Assembly: GCA_000146045.2 (NCBI GenBank)
Contig: BK006947.3
Location: forward strand, 128,001-192,000
DNA: 64,000 nt
DNA from: TPA_inf: Saccharomyces
Taxonomy: Eukaryota
Direction: 5' to 3'
The notes under the pieces are model-generated. The model saw only the letters and a list, made by a program, of their open reading frames with translations. It had not been told where the DNA came from and made no database searches. A program made the position numbers and the translations under genes. Of the stretch, positions 20,212 to 30,108 are shown piece after piece; within the stretch, counting starts at the first letter, position 1, and each line of letters begins with the position of its first letter.

Positions 20212-23200
20212 ATGATGTTTGGCAAGAAAAAAAACAACGGAGGATCTTCCACTGCAAGATATTCAGCTGGCAACAAGTACAACACACTCTCAAATAATTA
20301 TGCGCTTAGCGCGCAACAGCTCTTAAATGCTAGTAAGATCGATGACATCGATTCGATGATGGGATTTGAAAGATACGTACCGCCGCAATACAATGGCAGG
20401 TTTGATGCGAAGGATATAGATCAGATTCCAGGCCGCGTAGGGTGGCTGACGAACATGCACGCAACGCTGGTCTCTCAGGAAACCTTATCCAGTGGTAGTA
20501 ATGGCGGCGGCAATTCGAATGACGGAGAACGTGTAACGACCAACCAAGGTATTTCCGGAGTTGACTTCTACTTTTTAGATGAAGAGGGTGGGAGCTTCAA
20601 GTCGACAGTTGTCTATGACCCATACTTCTTTATTGCGTGTAACGATGAATCAAGAGTAAATGATGTGGAGGAACTAGTGAAAAAATATCTGGAATCTTGT
20701 CTCAAAAGCTTACAAATCATTAGAAAGGAAGATCTTACCATGGACAATCACCTTTTAGGGCTGCAGAAGACACTTATTAAGTTATCATTTGTAAATTCCA
20801 ATCAGTTATTCGAGGCCAGGAAACTCCTGAGGCCAATCTTGCAGGATAATGCCAATAATAATGTGCAAAGAAATATATATAACGTTGCTGCAAATGGCTC
20901 GGAAAAAGTTGACGCCAAACATCTGATCGAAGATATCAGGGAATATGATGTGCCGTATCATGTCCGAGTATCTATAGACAAGGACATTAGAGTCGGTAAA
21001 TGGTATAAGGTAACTCAACAGGGATTCATTGAAGATACTAGGAAAATTGCATTTGCCGACCCTGTGGTAATGGCATTTGATATAGAAACCACGAAGCCGC
21101 CTTTAAAATTCCCGGATTCCGCCGTAGATCAAATAATGATGATTTCGTATATGATCGATGGGGAAGGTTTTTTGATAACAAATAGGGAGATAATCTCTGA
21201 GGATATTGAAGACTTTGAGTATACACCGAAACCGGAGTATCCTGGTTTTTTCACCATATTTAACGAAAACGATGAAGTGGCGCTTCTACAAAGGTTTTTT
21301 GAACATATAAGAGATGTACGACCCACTGTTATATCCACCTTCAATGGTGACTTTTTCGATTGGCCTTTTATACATAACAGAAGTAAGATTCACGGCTTGG
21401 ACATGTTCGATGAAATTGGTTTCGCTCCAGATGCTGAAGGTGAGTACAAGTCCTCATACTGCTCTCACATGGATTGTTTCCGTTGGGTGAAGCGTGATTC
21501 TTATTTACCACAAGGTTCCCAGGGTTTAAAAGCTGTTACTCAATCTAAGCTAGGTTATAACCCAATTGAACTGGATCCCGAATTAATGACGCCGTATGCA
21601 TTTGAAAAGCCACAGCACCTTTCCGAATATTCTGTTTCCGATGCAGTCGCTACGTATTACCTTTACATGAAATATGTTCATCCTTTTATCTTTTCCCTTT
21701 GTACTATTATTCCTTTGAACCCGGATGAAACATTGAGAAAGGGTACCGGTACTTTGTGTGAAATGTTGTTGATGGTTCAAGCTTATCAACATAATATTCT
21801 TCTACCAAATAAGCATACAGATCCCATTGAGAGGTTCTATGATGGACATCTTCTAGAATCCGAGACTTACGTGGGTGGACATGTGGAGTCATTAGAAGCT
21901 GGTGTTTTTAGGAGTGATTTGAAGAATGAATTCAAGATAGATCCTTCTGCCATTGATGAATTATTACAAGAATTACCAGAAGCTTTGAAATTTAGTGTGG
22001 AAGTTGAAAATAAGTCCAGTGTAGATAAAGTAACGAATTTTGAGGAAATAAAAAACCAGATAACGCAGAAATTATTAGAGTTGAAGGAAAACAATATAAG
22101 AAACGAACTACCTTTGATCTATCATGTAGATGTCGCCTCTATGTACCCAAACATCATGACTACAAATAGACTACAACCAGATAGTATCAAAGCAGAGCGC
22201 GATTGTGCTAGTTGCGATTTTAATAGACCCGGAAAAACCTGTGCAAGAAAGTTAAAATGGGCTTGGAGAGGAGAATTCTTTCCCAGTAAGATGGATGAGT
22301 ATAACATGATCAAGCGTGCATTACAAAATGAGACTTTTCCCAACAAAAACAAGTTTTCTAAAAAGAAAGTTTTGACATTTGATGAACTAAGTTACGCAGA
22401 CCAAGTTATCCACATAAAAAAACGTTTAACTGAATATTCAAGGAAAGTTTATCATAGGGTTAAAGTATCAGAAATTGTCGAACGAGAAGCCATTGTCTGC
22501 CAAAGAGAAAATCCATTCTACGTCGATACCGTGAAATCCTTTCGTGATAGGCGTTACGAATTCAAAGGTTTAGCCAAGACTTGGAAGGGAAATCTGTCCA
22601 AAATTGACCCATCTGATAAGCATGCGAGAGACGAGGCCAAAAAGATGATTGTGCTTTATGACTCATTACAATTAGCTCACAAAGTTATTTTGAATTCGTT
22701 TTATGGGTATGTTATGAGGAAAGGCTCTCGTTGGTATTCCATGGAAATGGCGGGGATTACGTGTTTAACAGGTGCCACGATCATTCAAATGGCGAGAGCT
22801 TTAGTAGAAAGGGTAGGAAGACCATTAGAATTAGATACTGATGGTATTTGGTGTATCTTACCAAAATCTTTCCCTGAAACTTACTTTTTTACATTAGAAA
22901 ATGGTAAAAAGCTTTATCTCTCCTACCCATGTTCCATGCTGAATTACAGAGTTCACCAAAAGTTTACGAATCACCAATACCAAGAATTAAAAGACCCATT
23001 GAACTATATATATGAGACGCACAGTGAAAACACGATTTTTTTCGAAGTTGACGGACCATATAAGGCCATGATTTTGCCTAGTTCCAAGGAAGAAGGAAAA
23101 GGTATAAAGAAAAGATATGCTGTCTTCAATGAAGACGGCTCACTTGCTGAACTGAAAGGTTTTGAATTGAAGAGGCGTGGTGAATTACAACTAATAAAAA

Positions 23201-26200
23201 ATTTTCAAAGTGATATTTTCAAGGTCTTTTTGGAAGGTGATACATTAGAAGGATGTTACAGTGCTGTAGCAAGCGTATGTAACCGTTGGTTAGATGTTCT
23301 TGATTCACATGGTCTTATGTTAGAAGATGAAGACTTGGTCAGTTTGATTTGTGAAAATAGAAGTATGTCAAAAACTTTAAAGGAATATGAAGGGCAAAAA
23401 TCTACTTCTATTACGACGGCAAGGAGATTGGGGGATTTTTTGGGTGAAGATATGGTAAAAGATAAAGGTCTACAATGTAAATATATTATTAGTTCAAAAC
23501 CTTTCAATGCACCTGTTACTGAACGAGCCATTCCAGTCGCAATATTTTCAGCGGACATTCCCATCAAAAGGTCTTTTCTGAGGCGATGGACATTAGATCC
23601 ATCTTTGGAAGATCTGGATATCAGAACCATAATCGATTGGGGTTATTATAGAGAAAGACTTGGATCTGCTATACAAAAGATAATTACTATTCCAGCAGCA
23701 TTACAAGGGGTTTCCAATCCTGTTCCAAGGGTTGAACATCCAGATTGGCTAAAAAGAAAAATCGCTACAAAGGAGGATAAGTTTAAGCAGACTTCACTAA
23801 CCAAATTTTTTTCGAAGACAAAGAATGTACCAACAATGGGCAAGATAAAAGATATCGAGGATTTGTTTGAACCAACTGTAGAAGAAGATAACGCCAAAAT
23901 TAAAATTGCAAGAACTACTAAAAAGAAAGCCGTATCCAAGAGGAAAAGAAATCAGCTTACAAATGAAGAAGATCCACTAGTATTGCCCTCGGAGATTCCT
24001 TCCATGGACGAGGACTATGTTGGGTGGCTAAATTATCAAAAAATTAAATGGAAAATCCAAGCAAGAGATAGAAAGCGTCGAGACCAATTATTTGGTAATA
24101 CAAACAGCTCCCGTGAAAGAAGTGCACTAGGAAGTATGATTAGGAAGCAAGCTGAATCATATGCGAACTCCACTTGGGAGGTCTTACAATACAAGGATTC
24201 CGGTGAGCCAGGGGTTTTGGAAGTATTTGTAACAATTAATGGCAAAGTCCAGAACATCACCTTCCATATACCAAAAACTATTTATATGAAATTCAAATCT
24301 CAAACAATGCCGCTACAAAAGATTAAGAATTGCCTTATTGAAAAATCTTCTGCATCGTTACCAAATAATCCCAAAACGTCTAATCCAGCAGGCGGTCAGC
24401 TATTCAAAATTACTCTACCGGAATCTGTCTTTCTGGAAGAAAAGGAAAACTGCACTAGTATCTTCAACGATGAAAATGTACTTGGTGTATTTGAGGGCAC
24501 TATCACTCCTCATCAAAGAGCGATCATGGATTTGGGAGCTTCGGTAACGTTCCGCTCAAAAGCAATGGGTGCGTTAGGCAAGGGAATACAGCAGGGTTTT
24601 GAAATGAAGGATCTTTCAATGGCGGAAAATGAAAGGTATCTGAGTGGATTTTCAATGGACATTGGCTATTTACTACATTTCCCAACATCAATTGGGTATG
24701 AATTTTTTTCATTATTCAAGTCATGGGGAGATACTATTACTATATTAGTTTTGAAACCATCCAACCAGGCTCAGGAAATAAATGCCTCATCATTAGGACA
24801 AATATACAAACAAATGTTTGAAAAAAAGAAAGGTAAAATAGAAACATATTCTTACTTGGTTGATATTAAAGAAGATATCAATTTTGAGTTTGTATATTTT
24901 ACAGATATCTCAAAATTGTACAGAAGACTATCACAGGAAACTACTAAATTAAAAGAAGAAAGAGGTCTGCAGTTTTTACTCTTGTTACAATCTCCGTTTA
25001 TCACTAAGCTCTTAGGCACAATCCGGCTTCTAAACCAGATGCCCATTGTTAAGCTTTCCTTGAATGAAGTTCTTCTACCCCAATTGAACTGGCAACCGAC
25101 ATTATTGAAGAAACTTGTTAACCACGTTTTATCCAGTGGTTCGTGGATTTCTCACTTGATCAAGTTATCCCAGTATAGTAACATTCCAATCTGTAATTTG
25201 AGGCTGGATAGTATGGATTATATTATTGATGTTCTTTATGCAAGAAAACTAAAAAAAGAGAACATCGTGCTTTGGTGGAATGAGAAAGCTCCACTTCCAG
25301 ATCATGGAGGCATTCAAAATGATTTTGATTTAAATACATCATGGATAATGAATGATTCAGAATTTCCCAAAATTAATAACTCAGGTGTGTATGACAATGT
25401 AGTTCTCGATGTTGGTGTTGATAATTTAACAGTGAACACAATTTTGACATCAGCATTAATCAATGATGCTGAAGGCAGTGATCTAGTTAACAATAATATG
25501 GGTATAGATGACAAAGATGCCGTTATTAACTCGCCATCTGAATTCGTGCACGACGCCTTTTCTAATGACGCTTTGAATGTTTTAAGAGGTATGTTAAAGG
25601 AGTGGTGGGATGAGGCCCTAAAAGAAAATTCAACCGCAGATTTGTTGGTAAATTCCCTGGCAAGTTGGGTTCAAAACCCGAATGCGAAACTATTCGACGG
25701 ATTACTAAGATATCACGTTCATAACTTAACAAAAAAAGCCTTACTTCAATTAGTAAATGAATTTAGTGCACTTGGCTCAACTATTGTATATGCAGACAGG
25801 AATCAAATTCTAATAAAGACAAACAAGTACTCACCTGAAAACTGTTACGCCTACAGCCAATATATGATGAAGGCAGTTAGAACAAATCCAATGTTTAGTT
25901 ATCTGGACTTAAATATCAAACGTTATTGGGATCTGCTAATATGGATGGATAAGTTTAATTTTAGTGGATTAGCATGTATTGAAATAGAGGAAAAGGAAAA
26001 TCAGGATTATACCGCTGTTTCGCAATGGCAACTAAAGAAGTTTCTGTCACCAATATATCAGCCCGAATTTGAGGATTGGATGATGATCATATTGGATAGT
26101 ATGCTAAAGACAAAGCAGAGCTATCTAAAATTGAATTCAGGGACGCAAAGACCTACCCAAATAGTTAATGTAAAAAAACAAGATAAGGAAGATAGTGTTG

Positions 26201-26880
26201 AAAACTCGTTGAACGGATTTTCTCACCTTTTTTCCAAACCACTAATGAAAAGAGTCAAAAAGCTTTTTAAAAACCAGCAAGAGTTCATTTTAGATCCTCA
26301 GTATGAGGCAGACTATGTTATTCCTGTTCTTCCTGGTTCCCATCTGAATGTGAAAAATCCCCTTCTAGAACTTGTCAAATCACTCTGCCATGTCATGTTA
26401 CTTTCAAAGAGTACAATTTTAGAAATCAGGACCCTGAGAAAAGAACTGCTGAAGATATTTGAATTGCGTGAGTTTGCTAAAGTAGCGGAATTCAAAGATC
26501 CAAGTTTGAGTCTCGTGGTGCCGGATTTTTTATGTGAATACTGTTTTTTCATTTCTGATATTGACTTTTGTAAGGCAGCTCCTGAATCTATTTTTTCATG
26601 CGTCAGATGTCACAAAGCCTTTAATCAAGTATTGTTGCAAGAACACCTGATTCAAAAACTACGTTCTGATATCGAATCCTATTTAATTCAAGATTTGAGA
26701 TGCTCCAGATGTCATAAAGTGAAACGTGACTATATGAGTGCCCACTGTCCATGTGCCGGCGCGTGGGAAGGAACTCTCCCCAGAGAAAGCATTGTTCAAA
26801 AGTTAAATGTGTTTAAGCAAGTAGCCAAGTATTACGGTTTTGATATATTATTGAGTTGTATTGCTGATTTGACCATATGA
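20212..26880 (+). CDS. POL2: DNA polymerase epsilon catalytic subunit, 2222 aa: family-B polymerase with 3'-5' exonuclease and C-terminal Cys-rich zinc-finger module
   Basis: 6669-nt ORF with ATG at 20212. Exo motif FDIETTK, polymerase motif ELDTDGI, and C-terminal CX2C pairs (CEYCFF, CVRCHKAF, CSRCHKV, CPCAG). Length 2222 aa. Confidence 0.95.
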   Translation: MMFGKKKNNGGSSTARYSAGNKYNTLSNNYALSAQQLLNASKIDDIDSMMGFERYVPPQYNGRFDAKDIDQIPGRVGWLTNMHATLVSQETLSSGSNGGGNSNDGERVTTNQGISGVDFYFLDEEGGSFKSTVVYDPYFFIACNDESRVNDVEELVKKYLESCLKSLQIIRKEDLTMDNHLLGLQKTLIKLSFVNSNQLFEARKLLRPILQDNANNNVQRNIYNVAANGSEKVDAKHLIEDIREYDVPYHVRVSIDKDIRVGKWYKVTQQGFIEDTRKIAFADPVVMAFDIETTKPPLKFPDSAVDQIMMISYMIDGEGFLITNREIISEDIEDFEYTPKPEYPGFFTIFNENDEVALLQRFFEHIRDVRPTVISTFNGDFFDWPFIHNRSKIHGLDMFDEIGFAPDAEGEYKSSYCSHMDCFRWVKRDSYLPQGSQGLKAVTQSKLGYNPIELDPELMTPYAFEKPQHLSEYSVSDAVATYYLYMKYVHPFIFSLCTIIPLNPDETLRKGTGTLCEMLLMVQAYQHNILLPNKHTDPIERFYDGHLLESETYVGGHVESLEAGVFRSDLKNEFKIDPSAIDELLQELPEALKFSVEVENKSSVDKVTNFEEIKNQITQKLLELKENNIRNELPLIYHVDVASMYPNIMTTNRLQPDSIKAERDCASCDFNRPGKTCARKLKWAWRGEFFPSKMDEYNMIKRALQNETFPNKNKFSKKKVLTFDELSYADQVIHIKKRLTEYSRKVYHRVKVSEIVEREAIVCQRENPFYVDTVKSFRDRRYEFKGLAKTWKGNLSKIDPSDKHARDEAKKMIVLYDSLQLAHKVILNSFYGYVMRKGSRWYSMEMAGITCLTGATIIQMARALVERVGRPLELDTDGIWCILPKSFPETYFFTLENGKKLYLSYPCSMLNYRVHQKFTNHQYQELKDPLNYIYETHSENTIFFEVDGPYKAMILPSSKEEGKGIKKRYAVFNEDGSLAELKGFELKRRGELQLIKNFQSDIFKVFLEGDTLEGCYSAVASVCNRWLDVLDSHGLMLEDEDLVSLICENRSMSKTLKEYEGQKSTSITTARRLGDFLGEDMVKDKGLQCKYIISSKPFNAPVTERAIPVAIFSADIPIKRSFLRRWTLDPSLEDLDIRTIIDWGYYRERLGSAIQKIITIPAALQGVSNPVPRVEHPDWLKRKIATKEDKFKQTSLTKFFSKTKNVPTMGKIKDIEDLFEPTVEEDNAKIKIARTTKKKAVSKRKRNQLTNEEDPLVLPSEIPSMDEDYVGWLNYQKIKWKIQARDRKRRDQLFGNTNSSRERSALGSMIRKQAESYANSTWEVLQYKDSGEPGVLEVFVTINGKVQNITFHIPKTIYMKFKSQTMPLQKIKNCLIEKSSASLPNNPKTSNPAGGQLFKITLPESVFLEEKENCTSIFNDENVLGVFEGTITPHQRAIMDLGASVTFRSKAMGALGKGIQQGFEMKDLSMAENERYLSGFSMDIGYLLHFPTSIGYEFFSLFKSWGDTITILVLKPSNQAQEINASSLGQIYKQMFEKKKGKIETYSYLVDIKEDINFEFVYFTDISKLYRRLSQETTKLKEERGLQFLLLLQSPFITKLLGTIRLLNQMPIVKLSLNEVLLPQLNWQPTLLKKLVNHVLSSGSWISHLIKLSQYSNIPICNLRLDSMDYIIDVLYARKLKKENIVLWWNEKAPLPDHGGIQNDFDLNTSWIMNDSEFPKINNSGVYDNVVLDVGVDNLTVNTILTSALINDAEGSDLVNNNMGIDDKDAVINSPSEFVHDAFSNDALNVLRGMLKEWWDEALKENSTADLLVNSLASWVQNPNAKLFDGLLRYHVHNLTKKALLQLVNEFSALGSTIVYADRNQILIKTNKYSPENCYAYSQYMMKAVRTNPMFSYLDLNIKRYWDLLIWMDKFNFSGLACIEIEEKENQDYTAVSQWQLKKFLSPIYQPEFEDWMMIILDSMLKTKQSYLKLNSGTQRPTQIVNVKKQDKEDSVENSLNGFSHLFSKPLMKRVKKLFKNQQEFILDPQYEADYVIPVLPGSHLNVKNPLLELVKSLCHVMLLSKSTILEIRTLRKELLKIFELREFAKVAEFKDPSLSLVVPDFLCEYCFFISDIDFCKAAPESIFSCVRCHKAFNQVLLQEHLIQKLRSDIESYLIQDLRCSRCHKVKRDYMSAHCPCAGAWEGTLPRESIVQKLNVFKQVAKYYGFDILLSCIADLTI

Positions 26881-26923
26881 GTAAGCAGTATATAACGCGA
26901 GGTTCAATGGCCTCTTTACCATG

Positions 26924-26948
26924 AAAAAAAAAAAAAAAAAAAAAAAAA
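26924..26948. repeat. Poly(dA:dT) tract of 25 A in the POL2 3' / ORC5 5' intergenic region
   Basis: atg(a)25gg read directly. Such tracts act as nucleosome-excluding promoter elements in yeast. Confidence 0.9.
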
Positions 26949-27099
26949 GGTAAGGAAAAAGAGTATTTTCAATTCGTTTCTGAACATATAAATATAAATA
27001 ACCGAAAAATTAGCCCTTGAACATAATTAACACTCTTCTTTGATATTTAAATCACAAGTACTTTTCTTTTATTTTCTTCTTAATACTTTTGGAAATAAA

Positions 27100-28539
27100 A
27101 TGAATGTGACCACTCCGGAAGTTGCTTTTAGGGAATATCAAACCAACTGTCTCGCATCGTATATTTCTGCTGATCCAGACATAACTCCTTCAAATTTAAT
27201 CTTGCAAGGTTATAGTGGAACAGGAAAAACCTACACTTTGAAGAAGTATTTTAATGCGAATCCAAATTTGCATGCAGTATGGCTGGAACCTGTTGAGTTG
27301 GTTTCTTGGAAGCCCTTACTGCAGGCGATAGCACGTACTGTACAATATAAATTGAAAACCCTATATCCAAACATTCCCACCACAGATTACGATCCTTTAC
27401 AGGTTGAAGAGCCATTTCTTTTGGTAAAGACGTTGCACAATATTTTTGTCCAATATGAATCTTTGCAAGAAAAGACTTGCTTGTTCTTGATATTGGATGG
27501 TTTCGATAGTTTACAAGATTTAGACGCCGCACTGTTTAACAAATATATCAAACTAAATGAATTACTTCCAAAAGATTCTAAAATTAATATAAAATTCATT
27601 TACACGATGTTAGAGACATCATTTTTGCAAAGATATTCTACACATTGCATTCCAACTGTTATGTTTCCGAGGTATAATGTGGACGAAGTTTCTACTATAT
27701 TAGTGATGTCTAGATGTGGCGAACTCATGGAAGATTCTTGTCTACGTAAGCGTATCATTGAAGAGCAGATAACGGACTGTACAGACGATCAATTTCAAAA
27801 TGTAGCTGCGAACTTCATTCACTTAATTGTGCAGGCTTTTCATTCTTATACTGGAAACGACATATTCGCATTGAATGACTTGATAGACTTCAAATGGCCC
27901 AAGTATGTATCTCGCATTACTAAGGAAAACATATTTGAACCACTGGCTCTTTACAAAAGTGCCATCAAACTATTTTTAAGCACAGATGATAATTTAAGTG
28001 AAAATGGACAAGGTGAAAGCGCGATAACCACAAATCGTGATGACCTTGAGAACAGTCAAACTTACGACTTATCAATAATTTCGAAGTATCTGCTCATAGC
28101 CTCATATATTTGTTCATATCTGGAACCTAGATACGATGCGAGTATTTTCTCTAGGAAAACACGTATCATACAAGGTAGAGCTGCTTATGGACGAAGAAAG
28201 AAGAAAGAAGTTAACCCTAGATATTTACAGCCTTCTTTATTTGCTATTGAAAGACTTTTGGCTATTTTCCAAGCTATATTCCCTATTCAAGGTAAGGCGG
28301 AGAGTGGTTCCCTATCTGCACTTCGTGAGGAATCCTTAATGAAAGCGAATATCGAGGTTTTTCAAAATTTATCCGAATTGCATACATTGAAATTAATAGC
28401 TACAACCATGAACAAGAATATCGACTATTTGAGTCCTAAAGTCAGGTGGAAAGTAAACGTTCCCTGGGAAATTATTAAAGAAATATCAGAATCTGTTCAT
28501 TTCAATATCAGCGATTACTTCAGCGATATTCACGAATGA
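27100..28539 (+). CDS. ORC5: Origin recognition complex subunit 5, 479 aa, AAA+-like with Walker A GTGKT
   Basis: The track ORF starts at TTG 27040. The first in-frame ATG at 27100 (MNVTTPEVAFREYQ...) gives 479 aa. P-loop YSGTGKTY is present. Confidence 0.9.
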   Translation: MNVTTPEVAFREYQTNCLASYISADPDITPSNLILQGYSGTGKTYTLKKYFNANPNLHAVWLEPVELVSWKPLLQAIARTVQYKLKTLYPNIPTTDYDPLQVEEPFLLVKTLHNIFVQYESLQEKTCLFLILDGFDSLQDLDAALFNKYIKLNELLPKDSKINIKFIYTMLETSFLQRYSTHCIPTVMFPRYNVDEVSTILVMSRCGELMEDSCLRKRIIEEQITDCTDDQFQNVAANFIHLIVQAFHSYTGNDIFALNDLIDFKWPKYVSRITKENIFEPLALYKSAIKLFLSTDDNLSENGQGESAITTNRDDLENSQTYDLSIISKYLLIASYICSYLEPRYDASIFSRKTRIIQGRAAYGRRKKKEVNPRYLQPSLFAIERLLAIFQAIFPIQGKAESGSLSALREESLMKANIEVFQNLSELHTLKLIATTMNKNIDYLSPKVRWKVNVPWEIIKEISESVHFNISDYFSDIHE

Positions 28540-28858
28540 TTATCTCCCTGGAAGGTATCCAGAGGGCAGGATACGTTCGAAACAACAACTACGTTATATA
28601 AATATTTATACATAGTGGGATAGAATGAACAATTATCAAGTAAACCTTGTATTTTTTGTTCCCACGCTCTACGCTCTGTTTCTTGGATATGGTAATCAAA
28701 GATTAATACGTATAACCGTTATTAATTCAGTCCACTAGAAACTATTAAAAGCGCCCTACTGTATGGAAAAACAATGAATGAGGAGACTGAACGGCGCAAA
28801 ATTGTTAGTTTAGTTGCTCTTTTTGGCGGCCGGCGATAATGTTCTTCACTTGGTATTC

Positions 28859-29455
28859 TTACCAGGATTGAGCCTGATTTTGTTTTGTCTTATTCTTTGC
28901 GATGTCTTCATTTTCTACAAAACCTCTAATTTCTCCGGCAATGGCCCTTGAAACGTCTTCAAAGACTTCAAATGTCACGGTGGGGGTTCTTTTATCTTTA
29001 ACTAATCGATGAAGAGTTATTAGAATGGTTCTAAACTTATTTTTCAATTTTATTAACACCCTCTCAAATTCCATCACACTTTCATCATCGTTATTCATTT
29101 TCAAACCTTTCATTAAAGTACGAATGGTATGTATATTCTTTTCTAGTGTTGGACTATGCAATCCATACGATTCTATAACATCACACAAACCTTCCATTTG
29201 TCCCAGGAGCGTAAATCTTTGGAATCCCACTTGTAAACCATACTGTTTACCTTCTAGAAAGCTCTGCTTTATATTCTCATTCTGGCCCTCCAGAAAACCT
29301 TCTTGGTAATACTGTTCTTCTAGGTTTAGTAAATTATCAAAATCCATTTTTATTTGTCCAGTGATCTTTACTTTCCATTTACTCTTCAAATATGATAAGT
29401 GATTTGATTTAAACAAGTTTTTTTTCATTTTTCTTATAAAACGATTTCTCACCAT
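28859..29455 (-). CDS. LTO1: Lto1 (Rli1 Fe-S maturation adaptor, ORAOV1 homolog), 198 aa from the first in-frame ATG
   Basis: The track ORF starts at TTG (29534-29536). The first ATG is at cat 29453-29455 (MVRNRFIRKM...). The conserved deca-GX3 motif (EEQYYQEGFLEGQ) follows the internal Met MDFDNLL at 29347, so a 162-aa alternative start cannot be excluded from sequence alone. Confidence 0.75.
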   Translation of the reverse strand: MVRNRFIRKMKKNLFKSNHLSYLKSKWKVKITGQIKMDFDNLLNLEEQYYQEGFLEGQNENIKQSFLEGKQYGLQVGFQRFTLLGQMEGLCDVIESYGLHSPTLEKNIHTIRTLMKGLKMNNDDESVMEFERVLIKLKNKFRTILITLHRLVKDKRTPTVTFEVFEDVSRAIAGEIRGFVENEDIAKNKTKQNQAQSW

Positions 29456-29643
29456 GATTGAGATTTTTATATTAGTAAGATTATACTGAAAAGGCAAATG
29501 GCTACATAGCCAACAAAGAATAAAACAATAAAACAATAAAAAAAGACTTTTTTCTTCGTAAGCATCCTATTGAGAATATTAATCATTTACTTAAGTAGCT
29601 ACAATACAAAATAGAGTAAAAAACTATTTCTCTTCACTTTCAT

Positions 29644-29865
29644 TCACAATTGTTTGCCAGATCTAACTTCCTTTCCGGTTTTCTTAATCTTTTCTAAAAT
29701 AAAATCGTAAGGAAGTGTAGTATATACATCTACTAATTGCTTTTCAAGGGATATATCTATTTTGGAAACGTCTGGTTCTAATTTCGTCAAAACTTTATTG
29801 ACTGCACCAGAACATCCCGAGCAGGTCATGACGACATTGAATTGATAATGTTTTATCTCTGCCAT
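29644..29865 (-). CDS. ATX1: Cytosolic copper metallochaperone Atx1, 73 aa, MxCxxC metal-binding motif
   Basis: MAEIKHYQFNVVMTCSGCSGAVNKVL...; HMA-domain MTCSGC motif; ATG at 29863-29865. Confidence 0.95.
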   Translation of the reverse strand: MAEIKHYQFNVVMTCSGCSGAVNKVLTKLEPDVSKIDISLEKQLVDVYTTLPYDFILEKIKKTGKEVRSGKQL

Positions 29866-30108
29866 CTTTTGCGCTAGTTCTCTCTTGTGTCGTTGGAAAT
29901 CTCATCCTGCAATGTTTTAAGATGATTCAAGTCATTTAAGAAGCTCAAAAATGCACTACAAGATGTGCCAACTTTGCACCCCCAAAAAAAACTACCGCAT
30001 CACGTGAAATTTATTAGAAAACTGAAAAAAAGACAACTTACGCATACGTAATACAAGATGTACATCTATTGCAATGATCATGTAACCTATCCTACGATTA
30101 ATTATTTT

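Noticed and set aside
29347-29349. Alternative LTO1 start at internal Met (MDFDNLL) giving 162 aa
   Set aside because: The first in-frame ATG at 29453-29455 gives 198 aa, which matches my recollection of the annotated length. The shorter form would put the conserved motif at the very N-terminus, as in metazoan ORAOV1, so it is kept as a caveat rather than a call.
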